From Sphingomonas sp. (lineage in GTDB: Bacteria > Pseudomonadota > Alphaproteobacteria > Sphingomonadales > Sphingomonadaceae), in assembly GCA_013822915.1 (NCBI GenBank), contig PNLG01000208.1:1-57739 (forward strand): DNA of 57,739 nucleotides. Direction: 5' to 3'. Made by a program: the position numbers and the translations under genes. Positions within the stretch are counted from its first letter, which is position 1. Each line of letters opens with the position of its first letter. Positions 37,948 to 46,926 of this stretch are shown here, piece by piece. The notes below the pieces were generated by a model. That model did no database searches and was not told where the DNA came from. It was given only the letters and a program-made list of their open reading frames with translations.

Positions 37948-40900
37948 GTGCTGCAGGGTGGGTTGTTCACGAGAGATTGGCTGACGGAGGGCATTCATGA
38001 GAGTGCCCCATGGCGCGAACTCACCGAGCAATCCGTTGATCGTGCGCGCGAGCAGATTGGTGAACTGCTCACTTCACTCACCAAGCGCAAGGCCCCCGTT
38101 GAAGCCGAGACCGAGGAGAAGCTGGTCTATCCGGTGCTGCGCCTGCTGGGATGGGACCACATCTCGGTGCAGCAGCGAATGGATGCGCGCGGCCGCAACG
38201 ACGTGCCGGATGCCTTGCTGTTCCCGGATGGAGAAGCCGACGAGGCCGCCGCCGGGCTCGATCCGTGGCAGCGTTTCCGCCACGGGGCCGCGCTAGTTGA
38301 GGCCAAGCGTTGGAACCGACCGCTGGACCGCGCCGCGCAAGGCGATCAGGGTGTGCCGGCCGCACAACTGATGCATTACCTCAGCCGTGCCGACGTCATC
38401 ACGCAGGGCAAAATGCGCTGGGGCATCCTGACCAACGGCCGACATTGGCGGCTCTATTGGCAGGGTGCGCTTTCGGTTGCGGACGACTATCTCGAGATCG
38501 ATCTCGGCAAGGTGTTCGACCTCCCCGGTTGCACACCTGATCTGCTCGATACCGACGTCACCGCCGACCACGCACTGCGCCTGTTTCTGCTGCTGTTCGG
38601 TCGGGCGGCGTTCCTGCCTGCGGAACAGGGGCGCTCGTTCCATGACCAGGCGTTGGTCGATGCGCGGCAGTGGGAAGAGCGGGTCGCGCGCGATCTGTCC
38701 GACGTCGTCTTCGACCGCGTCTTCCCGTTGCTTGTGCGCGCGTTACCAAAACACGATCGCGCCCGCCCGGAAAGCGCTGGCGATGCCTATCTCGAAGAGG
38801 TGCGATCGGGCGCGCTCGTTTTGCTCTACCGGTTGCTGTTCATCCTCTACGCAGAGGATCGTAACCTGCTACCGGACGAGCGGGGCCCCTATGCCCGCTA
38901 CAGCCTGACCCGCATGCGCCTGGAAATCGCGGACGCGCGCGAGCAGGGCATCGCGCCCGCTGCACGCAGCACGGAATATTGGGGTCGGCTTGAGACAATC
39001 TTCGGCGCAATTGCCGAGGGTGACGACGAGCTTGGCATACCACCTTACAACGGTGGCCTATTCGATCCGGCGAACGCACCGCTGCTCGGTCGAGTGCGGC
39101 TGCCGGATGCCGTGACGAGCGAGGTGATTTTCCTGTTATCGCACAGGCCCGCCGCGCCGCCCGCCCATCCACGCCCGCGCTACATCAACTACCGCGACTT
39201 GTCGGTGCAGCAGCTCGGCTCGATCTACGAATCGATCCTCGAATATGCTGTCGAGGCGGACGGCGCGGGCGGTGTCCGGCCACGGGCGGACAACAGCGCC
39301 CGGCATCGTTCGGGTTCCTATTATACCCCGGAAGATCTCGTCGGGCTGATCATCGAGCGTGCGGTTGGCCCGCTGGTTGATGAAGTGACCAGCGCCTTCG
39401 CCAACGCCGTTGCCGCTGGCACCACCGGCGATGCGCTCGCGGCGCTCGACCCCGCGACGCGCATGCTCGACCTGAAGATCGTTGATCCGGCGATGGGTTC
39501 CGGCCACTTTCTCGTCAGCCTGGTCGACTGGCTGTCTGACAAGGTCTTCAAGGCAACCGAAGACGCGGCCATTGCCGCTGGCGGCGGCTATGTGTCGCCG
39601 TTGGTTGAACGCATCGCCGCACTGCGCGCCGACATCCTCGCGCGGGCAAGCGAGCATGGCTGGCCGATCGTCGCCGAACAGCTCGACGATCCGCACATCG
39701 TCCGCCGCATGGTGCTGAAGCGTTGTATCTACGGCGTCGACCTCAATCCCATGGCTGTCGAGCTCGCCAAGGTCGCGCTCTGGTTGCACAGCTTCACTGT
39801 CGGGGCACCGCTGTCGTTCCTTGATCACCATCTACGCTGCGGCAACAGCGTGCTCGGCGCTTGGGTGCGGCCGACCAGCCTGTGGCTCGCCAATCGCGGG
39901 TCGCTGATGGTCAACCGGCATCTCGCTATGATCGACAATGTTGCCGCAGCGATGGCGCAGATCGAAACGATCCCTGACAATGACATTGCCGAGGTCGAAC
40001 AGTCCAAGGCGCTGTTCGGCACGGTGGCCGAAGCCAGCGCGCCGATCGACGCCCTGCTGAGCATGGTAGAGGCGGACACGTTGATGGGCGTGTTCGACGA
40101 CGCCCCGGCGCGCATCCGCGAATCGGCCGAGCAGATTGCAACCGTCGGGCGCGCCACTGTTGCGCAGATGGCCGAGGGCGATGACAAAGAGCGCGCCGTG
40201 AAGGCCAAGGCGCTGGCCAAGGTCGAGAAGGCGCTGGCCAAGGCAGCAGAGGCCGAACGCCGTTATGCGCGAGCCGAAGCCTTCAAGATGGTCCTGGAGG
40301 GGAGCTTCGGTGACCCTGCGATGATCGCAACCGGTGCTATCGAGATTGCCGACCCGGCTCTGCGCGACGGGGCTATCGAGCCTTCGGCGCAAGCCAGCCT
40401 GCTGCCCTCGGCCCGTCCTGACGATCGTCGTCGATTGATGGCGGATGCTTTGGTGCGCGAGGCGCGCGCGTTGGCGGACGAGCACCGGTTCCTGAATTGG
40501 GAGATCGCCTTTCCCGGCGTCTGGCGCGACCTCGCGTCGCAGGGGCGCAGCGGCGGGTTCGATGCCGTGATCGGCAACCCGCCTTATGTGCGGCAGGAGA
40601 TGATCAGCTCGATCAAGCCCTCGCTGGAACGCGCCTATGGCAGCTTCGCCGGCACGGCTGACCTCTATGTGTATTTCTATGAGCAGGGGCTGAAGCTGCT
40701 GCGGCCGGGCGGACGCATGGCCTATGTTGTCACCAACAAGTGGTTGAAGGCGGGCTATGCCGAAGGGCTGCGGCGGCTGTTCGCCGAGGACGCCTGGGTC
40801 GAGTTCATGGCCGATTTCGGCCACGCCAAGCGCTTCTTCCCTGACGCCGACGTGTTCCCGTGCATCATCGCCGTGCGCAAGCCCGACGCCGGACCCGTGC

Positions 40901-42186
40901 CTGAAATGTTCGACTTGGCCGTCATCCCGCGCGACGATGTGCCGCGTAGCGGGCTGGCCGAAGCCGTGCAGGCGGCGACCTATCTGTCGCGCCGCGATAC
41001 GCTCACCGCCGATCCCTGGTCGCTCGAGCCGCCCGACGTTGCCGCGCTGCTGGCGAAGATCAGGGCGAACGGCGTGCCGCTGGTCGATTATGCGGGAGTG
41101 AAGCCGCTCTATGGCATCAAGACCGGCTTCAACGAAGCCTTCCTGATCGACACGGCAACCAAGGAACGCTTGATCGCCGAGGACGGCCGCGCGGCCGAGG
41201 TGATCAAGCCCTATTTGCGCGGGCAGGACATCGATCGTTGGCTGCCGGACTGGGCAGGCCTGTGGATGATCGTGATGAAGTCGAGCAGCGATTTTGCCTG
41301 GCCATGGGCGGGCGTGGCGACCGAACAGGCTGCTGAAGCGATCTTCGCCGATGCCTTTCCAAGCCTGCATCGACACTTCAAACTGTTCGAAAGTTTGCCG
41401 GACCCCAAGACCGGCAAGCGCAAGGGGTTACGCCATCGCGAGGACCACGGCCGCTTCTGGTGGGAGCTGCGACCGTGTGCTTATTATCACGCGTTTGCTG
41501 AGCCGCGCATTTTCTACAACGACATCACGTGGTCGTCCTCGTTCGGCATCGACGTTGCCGAGAGGCTCACCAACAATACCGGATATTTCATACCCTCCGG
41601 CGATCCCGTTCTCGCTGCGGTCCTCAATGCGCCTTTGGGCTGGTGGTATTCTTGGCGTCGCGCACAGCACGGCAAGGATGAAGCGCTGCGGTATTTCAGC
41701 TCGTTCGTCGAATCCTATCCGATTCCAGCCGCGATCGATAACGAGCGGTCTGCCGTTAGCGATACGGTCTCGCGCTTGGCGGCTGTGACGCGCACTATCC
41801 GCACGGCTGATCGTGCGCTCGCCGATTGGCTTCGACTGGAAATAGGCTTGGCAAAGCTGCCTGGATTGCTCGGTGAAGCCAGCCGCCTCGACAGCGACGG
41901 CTTCGTCGCGGCAGTGCGCGCCGCGTTGCCCAAGCGTCTGCCATTAACCGCATCGCGGCAGGCGCAATTGCGTGAGAACTTCGCCGAAACCGCAGAACCT
42001 GCCCGCACCGCCCGGGCCGCCGCTCTTGGCGACGAACGCACACTCTCCGATATCGTCAACCGCGCCTATGGCCTGACACCGGAAGACATCGCCCTCATGT
42101 GGCGAACCGCCCCCCCACGCATGCCGCTGGCGTCACCAATGCCGACCGAGCCGAGCTCAACGGATGCGGCTGCGGACCTGATCTAG
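37948..42186 (+). CDS. Type IIG (Eco57I-like) fused restriction endonuclease / N6-adenine methyltransferase
   Basis: PD...EAK nuclease, LTNGRHWRLY, PYNGGLF, GSYYTP, DPAMGSGHF, GNPPYV and a TaqI-C-like target recognition domain. Confidence 0.93.
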   Translation: MLQGGLFTRDWLTEGIHESAPWRELTEQSVDRAREQIGELLTSLTKRKAPVEAETEEKLVYPVLRLLGWDHISVQQRMDARGRNDVPDALLFPDGEADEAAAGLDPWQRFRHGAALVEAKRWNRPLDRAAQGDQGVPAAQLMHYLSRADVITQGKMRWGILTNGRHWRLYWQGALSVADDYLEIDLGKVFDLPGCTPDLLDTDVTADHALRLFLLLFGRAAFLPAEQGRSFHDQALVDARQWEERVARDLSDVVFDRVFPLLVRALPKHDRARPESAGDAYLEEVRSGALVLLYRLLFILYAEDRNLLPDERGPYARYSLTRMRLEIADAREQGIAPAARSTEYWGRLETIFGAIAEGDDELGIPPYNGGLFDPANAPLLGRVRLPDAVTSEVIFLLSHRPAAPPAHPRPRYINYRDLSVQQLGSIYESILEYAVEADGAGGVRPRADNSARHRSGSYYTPEDLVGLIIERAVGPLVDEVTSAFANAVAAGTTGDALAALDPATRMLDLKIVDPAMGSGHFLVSLVDWLSDKVFKATEDAAIAAGGGYVSPLVERIAALRADILARASEHGWPIVAEQLDDPHIVRRMVLKRCIYGVDLNPMAVELAKVALWLHSFTVGAPLSFLDHHLRCGNSVLGAWVRPTSLWLANRGSLMVNRHLAMIDNVAAAMAQIETIPDNDIAEVEQSKALFGTVAEASAPIDALLSMVEADTLMGVFDDAPARIRESAEQIATVGRATVAQMAEGDDKERAVKAKALAKVEKALAKAAEAERRYARAEAFKMVLEGSFGDPAMIATGAIEIADPALRDGAIEPSAQASLLPSARPDDRRRLMADALVREARALADEHRFLNWEIAFPGVWRDLASQGRSGGFDAVIGNPPYVRQEMISSIKPSLERAYGSFAGTADLYVYFYEQGLKLLRPGGRMAYVVTNKWLKAGYAEGLRRLFAEDAWVEFMADFGHAKRFFPDADVFPCIIAVRKPDAGPVPEMFDLAVIPRDDVPRSGLAEAVQAATYLSRRDTLTADPWSLEPPDVAALLAKIRANGVPLVDYAGVKPLYGIKTGFNEAFLIDTATKERLIAEDGRAAEVIKPYLRGQDIDRWLPDWAGLWMIVMKSSSDFAWPWAGVATEQAAEAIFADAFPSLHRHFKLFESLPDPKTGKRKGLRHREDHGRFWWELRPCAYYHAFAEPRIFYNDITWSSSFGIDVAERLTNNTGYFIPSGDPVLAAVLNAPLGWWYSWRRAQHGKDEALRYFSSFVESYPIPAAIDNERSAVSDTVSRLAAVTRTIRTADRALADWLRLEIGLAKLPGLLGEASRLDSDGFVAAVRAALPKRLPLTASRQAQLRENFAETAEPARTARAAALGDERTLSDIVNRAYGLTPEDIALMWRTAPPRMPLASPMPTEPSSTDAAADLI

Positions 42187-43146
42187 AAAGTTTTCCCAAA
42201 AGTATGTCGCCGCGCCATGGGCATCGAGCGGCCCGTCGGCATTGCGGCGTGACATCGTGTTGCTTGTGCCGAAGGCGAGACCCTGCTGCGTGTCCTCCAA
42301 GGGAAGCCAGTCGTTCATCGAATTCCGCGAGCTGGTCGCAGAATCATAGCTCAGGCAGAGTGCGTTCCGCCACATGTCGCTCCCGTGCCATATGCTGACT
42401 TGGCCGACACGCTTGCCGTCAAGATAGACGCTAGCCGCGAACGAGCGGCTGTCGATCCGTTCGAAGTCGGTATTGATGCGCGGGTCAGATGCGTTCAGCT
42501 CGGCAAGCTTTTGCTCGAACAACGCTGCAGTGGTGGCGAAACCACTGCGCAGAAAACGGTCACGATCCAGATCGGTCGGCTTCGCGACGATGCCAAGCGT
42601 ATTAGTCGAACGGACCGAGCGAGATATCGGGTCGGCCGCGGGAGCCGTCGGGACACGACCACGGGCCGCGAAGGCCGGTGAGCTGTTTCCGCCATCGGCT
42701 TTTAGCATTTCGCGTATTGCACCGGCGGCATTGTCGAATGCGGTGTCGGCGTCAGACCAGTTGATGACTGCCTTGCCATCCTTGGGCAGCGCTAAGAATT
42801 CCGACAGCGTCTCATTGTTGCCGATGGGAACGCCCTTCCATTGACAGGGGCGCAAAATGATCGGGATTACGCGAGCCCTGCCGTCCCGCTGGCGCGCGAA
42901 CGCCCGCAGCATCTCCTGCTCATAACAGTATTCCGAGGCGATGAAATCCGCCGACACCAGCAGGATCACGACGTTAGACGCCGCCAGGGCGGTCTGAACA
43001 GCCGGGTCGAGATGCTCGCCTGGCCGGAGCATTCCATCGTGCCACAAATCGATCAGGCCTTCGCGCCGCAGCGGGGCAAGATGCCGCACAAATTGCTCCT
43101 TCAGCGCGCTGTCGGCGTGGGTGTAGGAGATGAAACCGGTTGTCAT
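42157..43146 (-). CDS. TIR domain protein with uncharacterised C-terminal domain
   Basis: FISYTHAD, LVSADFIASEYC...E (catalytic Glu position) and IPIILRPC. Confidence 0.9.
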   Translation of the reverse strand: MTTGFISYTHADSALKEQFVRHLAPLRREGLIDLWHDGMLRPGEHLDPAVQTALAASNVVILLVSADFIASEYCYEQEMLRAFARQRDGRARVIPIILRPCQWKGVPIGNNETLSEFLALPKDGKAVINWSDADTAFDNAAGAIREMLKADGGNSSPAFAARGRVPTAPAADPISRSVRSTNTLGIVAKPTDLDRDRFLRSGFATTAALFEQKLAELNASDPRINTDFERIDSRSFAASVYLDGKRVGQVSIWHGSDMWRNALCLSYDSATSSRNSMNDWLPLEDTQQGLAFGTSNTMSRRNADGPLDAHGAATYFWENFLDQVRSRIR

Positions 43147-44300
43147 GACGGCCGACTTTTCGAAACGGCCATGGGCAATGACACGACATTGTCCGGAAGT
43201 GGATGAAGGGGCTGACCGGTCAACTGGGTAAACAACTCAGGAGCCATGCCGAGGCCGGCAAGCAGGCGATGCAGATCGATCCCGTCCCTTTTTGAAAGCC
43301 AAGCGACAGCCGAGCTCAACAATTCGGGTTCCTCGATCGCGATTCGGTCGTCGTGTCGCTCTGCCTTCGCCTGTCCAGTCTTTACCAGCTGGATGTTGGC
43401 AGTCCGATATTGCGCGGCATCGATAAGCCCAAGATCGAACGCGCGTCGTGCAATAGCGCGCACCGAAACCTTCCAGCGCAGCTTCATCGCGAACAGGGCG
43501 TTCCAGTCGAGCATTCGTCTTGTCCGCGGGAATTCCCGTGCAAAGGCGACTCGCGGAATCAGAAAAGCTCCGGCGAAGCGGTGCGCCTCACCTTCCGTCA
43601 CGCTATCGCCCGTGACAATGCCCTGATGCATGATTAGGTGAGCGGCCTCATGCGCGAGATCGAAGCGTAAACGAACACCCGCTGCCTTAGCGGTCGAACG
43701 GACGACGATCGGTCGGCGCCGTGCCATCGACAAAGCGTCAATGCGCTCGGTGAGATCGTCGAATTGAACAACCACTGCGCCCGCATTCTCCAAAACACGG
43801 GTCATGTTGGTGATCGGACCATCAAGGCCAAGCCCCCAATGTCGCCGAGCGTCCTCGGCAACACGCTCGATCGCATCGGAACCTTCCGGCCGTGCCGATT
43901 CCGGAAAGTCCACGTTCGGCAATCGCACTAGAGCTTCAAGCCCGTTCACCAGCGCTTCTAAGGCCGTCCCCCGCGCCACAGCCTGAGCAACTAATCCACG
44001 TGGAGCGCTGGCTAGCCGACGAAAATGGCAATCTTCCTCGCGCACGGGATTGATCGCTGGCGTCGAAAAGAACGCAGGCGTAACCTTCAGGACTGCGGCA
44101 AGAGCGTCCCGCATTTCGTCTGTCGGTTCCTTCGCGCCGGTTTCGAGTTGATGAACGAACTGACGGCTCGTCGCCACCGATCCCCCCAGTTCATCGAGCG
44201 AAAGACCACCGAGTAGCCTCGCCAGTCGCAGCTTATCGCCATGAAACGCCCGCGCACCATCGGCCAGACCGCGGTCCGGCGTGTTGCCCTTCGTTGGCAC
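43143..44300 (-). CDS. XRE HTH - ImmA/IrrE (M78) metallopeptidase fusion
   Basis: N-terminal HTH (LRLAR...LETG), RFDLAHEAAH (HExxH), EAHRFAGAFL and WKVS. Confidence 0.92.
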   Translation of the reverse strand: MPTKGNTPDRGLADGARAFHGDKLRLARLLGGLSLDELGGSVATSRQFVHQLETGAKEPTDEMRDALAAVLKVTPAFFSTPAINPVREEDCHFRRLASAPRGLVAQAVARGTALEALVNGLEALVRLPNVDFPESARPEGSDAIERVAEDARRHWGLGLDGPITNMTRVLENAGAVVVQFDDLTERIDALSMARRRPIVVRSTAKAAGVRLRFDLAHEAAHLIMHQGIVTGDSVTEGEAHRFAGAFLIPRVAFAREFPRTRRMLDWNALFAMKLRWKVSVRAIARRAFDLGLIDAAQYRTANIQLVKTGQAKAERHDDRIAIEEPELLSSAVAWLSKRDGIDLHRLLAGLGMAPELFTQLTGQPLHPLPDNVVSLPMAVSKSRPS

Positions 44301-44302
44301 GA

Positions 44303-44914
44303 TTAAGCTCCGTCAGGGCCGGACCCGGCCTCATCGTCGCGATAAATCTCGTCGTCCCCAAGGTCGCCGACAGACGGCGGAGGCAGATCGCGTCCTTCAG
44401 GCCGCTCATCGCCCAGCAACACTATCAGCGGCTCCGCTTCAGCGAGCGGCAATGGCCAAACCGTTTCCGGCTGATCGTTGCGCAGGGCAACGAAGCTCGC
44501 GCCCAAAAGAGCGCCGTCGATATCAGTTGTCACGCCGATGCGGAACAACATCCCTGCCGTCGGAACTCCGGGCTCCAGGTCGAGCAGCAATTGCTCGAAC
44601 GGGGTAGCGACCACGATTTTGGCCGTCGGCTCTGCCGGATCCCCACGCCAGAACCGCATCGGAACCCCGCCGACGCTGAACTGGAAGTGCTTGCCAGCGT
44701 CAATGACGCCTAACCACTCAAAGCCAGGCGTCCCCGCAGCCTGATTGATCCGGAAGCAGCCATAGTTGTATGCACATACACCCAAGGTCCAGTTGTCGTC
44801 ACCGATCGTGGGATCAAACCGGTCGACTGCGCTGCCACGCCCCACCGCAAGCAGCTGAGCAATTTTTACGAGTCGCTCTTCGGTGAGCTCCTGATGGTAA
44901 TCCCAAGGCCGCAT
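44303..44914 (-). CDS. Hypothetical protein, first gene of the XRE-ImmA/TIR operon
   Basis: GGGAGA RBS; stop 2 bp before the XRE-ImmA start; acidic tail. Confidence 0.8.
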   Translation of the reverse strand: MRPWDYHQELTEERLVKIAQLLAVGRGSAVDRFDPTIGDDNWTLGVCAYNYGCFRINQAAGTPGFEWLGVIDAGKHFQFSVGGVPMRFWRGDPAEPTAKIVVATPFEQLLLDLEPGVPTAGMLFRIGVTTDIDGALLGASFVALRNDQPETVWPLPLAEAEPLIVLLGDERPEGRDLPPPSVGDLGDDEIYRDDEAGSGPDGA

Positions 44915-44955
44915 CAAAGTGTCTCCCGGCCCGTCGGATCGGGCGTATGGACATC

Positions 44956-44983
44956 TTTGTCAACTAAGAACTGATTTGTCAAC
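44956..44983. promoter_or_regulatory. Tandem TTTGTCAAC repeats (GTTGACAAA on the minus strand), candidate operator/-35 elements
   Basis: Exact 9-mers at 44956-44964 and 44975-44983 in the divergent intergenic region. Confidence 0.55.
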
Positions 44984-45131
44984 CGCTAGCATGGTTCCTG
45001 GGAGCTATGGCTCGCAGAGCTGTGCTTTACCATCGTGATGGCACCATAGAGTCGACATAAGATTGCGGTGCGGCTTGTCATTACGCGCGTCCCCGCCGAT
45101 CGTGCGACAATTTCGGACGGAGGGGCTGGCG

Positions 45132-46166
45132 ATGACCGAAAGGATGGCGAAGCTCGATCGGTTGCTGGCGCTCGTCCACGCCCTTTCGGAAACAACCGAA
45201 GGGTTGACGCTCGACGAGATGGCCGAGCGGCTCGGCGTCAACCGCCGGACGGCCGAGCGGATGCGCGACATCATCGCTCGGCACTTCGATCTGGACGAGG
45301 TAGCCGACGATCGCCGCAAGCGCTTCCTGATCCGCGACAGCCTGCGGCGCGTCTACACGCGACCGACGCCGGCCGAAGTCGCCGCGCTGCAGGCCGAGGT
45401 CGATGGCCGACGGCTAGCTGGCCAGACCGCGCGCGCCGATCAGCTCGCCACGTTGCTCGCCAAGGTGAAGGGCGCGTTCGACGACCGCGAGAAGCGGCGG
45501 ATGGACCCAGACCTTGATGCGCTTGCGCGGTTGCAGCGGACGATCGTGACGGCGGGACCGGTGGCGACCGTCGCCCCGGAGACGATGACCCTCGTGCAAG
45601 GCGCCATCCTCGCTGGATGTTGCCTCGAATTTCACTATTCGACCGACGAGCGGTCGGAGCCGAAATGGCGACGCGTCGTCCCCTATGGGCTGGTCCACGG
45701 TCCGCTTGCCTATCTGATCGGCAAGATGCCGGGTCGTGATGACCAGCCAGTCTATTATCGGCTCGACCGAATGATCGACGTTCGAGTCAGCGAAAAGCTG
45801 GGCTGCGCGCCGGACGATTGGGACATCGACGCTTGGCTCACCGAAAGCTTCGGCGTGTGGCGCGACGAGAAGCAGGACGTGGTCCTGCGTGTGACGCCTG
45901 CCTCCGCCGACCGGGCGCGGGGGTGGCGTTTCCACCGATCGCAGTCGGTTGAGGAACTTGACGATGGCGGACTGCGCATCCGTTTCACGACTGGCGGGAT
46001 GCGTGAACTGGCTGAGCACCTGTTTATCTGGGGTGGGGAAATCGTCATTGAGGGGCCGGATGTGCTCGTCGAGGTCATGTTGGAACGGTTGGCAGCCGCC
46101 ATGACCATCGTGCCTCCAGAAGCGCGACCGAATCTGACACATCCAAGGTTGATGGATAGGTCATGA
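45132..46166 (+). CDS. HTH-WYL-WCX transcriptional regulator
   Basis: wHTH (GVNRRTAER), VVPYGL...AYL...YRLDR WYL domain and FHRSQ WCX domain. Confidence 0.92.
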   Translation: MTERMAKLDRLLALVHALSETTEGLTLDEMAERLGVNRRTAERMRDIIARHFDLDEVADDRRKRFLIRDSLRRVYTRPTPAEVAALQAEVDGRRLAGQTARADQLATLLAKVKGAFDDREKRRMDPDLDALARLQRTIVTAGPVATVAPETMTLVQGAILAGCCLEFHYSTDERSEPKWRRVVPYGLVHGPLAYLIGKMPGRDDQPVYYRLDRMIDVRVSEKLGCAPDDWDIDAWLTESFGVWRDEKQDVVLRVTPASADRARGWRFHRSQSVEELDDGGLRIRFTTGGMRELAEHLFIWGGEIVIEGPDVLVEVMLERLAAAMTIVPPEARPNLTHPRLMDRS

Positions 46167-46912
46167 TGATTCGCACCTCAAAATTCCTGCCCGGCGTGCC
46201 GGAAGATCGCATTCTGTCCTTGCTCGCTTCGGCTGGTGGAAACGAGCTTGAGAGCGGCAAACTCGACAGCCCAGAAAGCAGCGCGGCACTTGCGGTCAAT
46301 GCATTCGGTTGGTTTCTTGATCGCCCTGCCGATTTGCCGCCGTTTCCGCCGCTGGCCGATATCGACTGGCCCGCTCAACGTGTCGATATCGAGCGGCAAA
46401 TGCGCTTTCCTTGGCGTGGTGGTCGCCACCCATGGCTCGACGCCGCCGTCGAGACTCCGACACATTTGATTGGCATCGAATCGAAGCGGTTTGAGCCGTT
46501 CCGTGATGCCAAGACCGTGAACCTCTCCGACGCTTACGATCGTGACGTCTGGGGCGACGGGATGGCACCGTTTACCTTCATGCGGGATGCGCTCCGCCGC
46601 AGGGATGCCGTCTTTGCCTACCTTGATTCCGCCCAGCTCGTGAAGCACGCCTTCGGCCTCGTTACCGAGGGCAATCGGATCGGCAAGGCACCGGTGCTGC
46701 TCTATCTCTACGCCGAGCCTGACAAGCGCGAGACCAGCGCCATTAGCCCGGAGACGCTTGCGCGGCACCGCGCCGAGATCGCCAGCTTCGCTATCGACGT
46801 CGCAGGTGCGGCGGTGCGATTCGCCTCTTGTTCCTACCGCGAATGGTTCGACGGGTGGACAGGTGACGCGTGCCTTCATGCCGGTGCTATCATCGATCGA
46901 TTCCATCCCTGA
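46163..46912 (+). CDS. Putative PD-(D/E)XK restriction endonuclease-like protein (PGN_0703-like)
   Basis: SSAALAVNAF, LD...IESKRFE and QLVKH motifs; ATGA overlap with the WYL gene. Confidence 0.7.
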   Translation: MMIRTSKFLPGVPEDRILSLLASAGGNELESGKLDSPESSAALAVNAFGWFLDRPADLPPFPPLADIDWPAQRVDIERQMRFPWRGGRHPWLDAAVETPTHLIGIESKRFEPFRDAKTVNLSDAYDRDVWGDGMAPFTFMRDALRRRDAVFAYLDSAQLVKHAFGLVTEGNRIGKAPVLLYLYAEPDKRETSAISPETLARHRAEIASFAIDVAGAAVRFASCSYREWFDGWTGDACLHAGAIIDRFHP

Positions 46913-46926
46913 CTCGGACAAAACCC

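Noticed and set aside
42157-43146. Thoeris, CBASS or Pycsar assignment for the TIR gene
   Set aside because: No SIR2-SLOG/Macro effector, CD-NTase or cyclase in the element.
35255-46166. BREX interpretation (WYL ~ BrxR, MTase ~ PglX, Lon-like ATPase ~ BrxL)
   Set aside because: No PglZ, BrxC, BrxA or BrxB; the MTase carries its own nuclease and the genes are in different operons.
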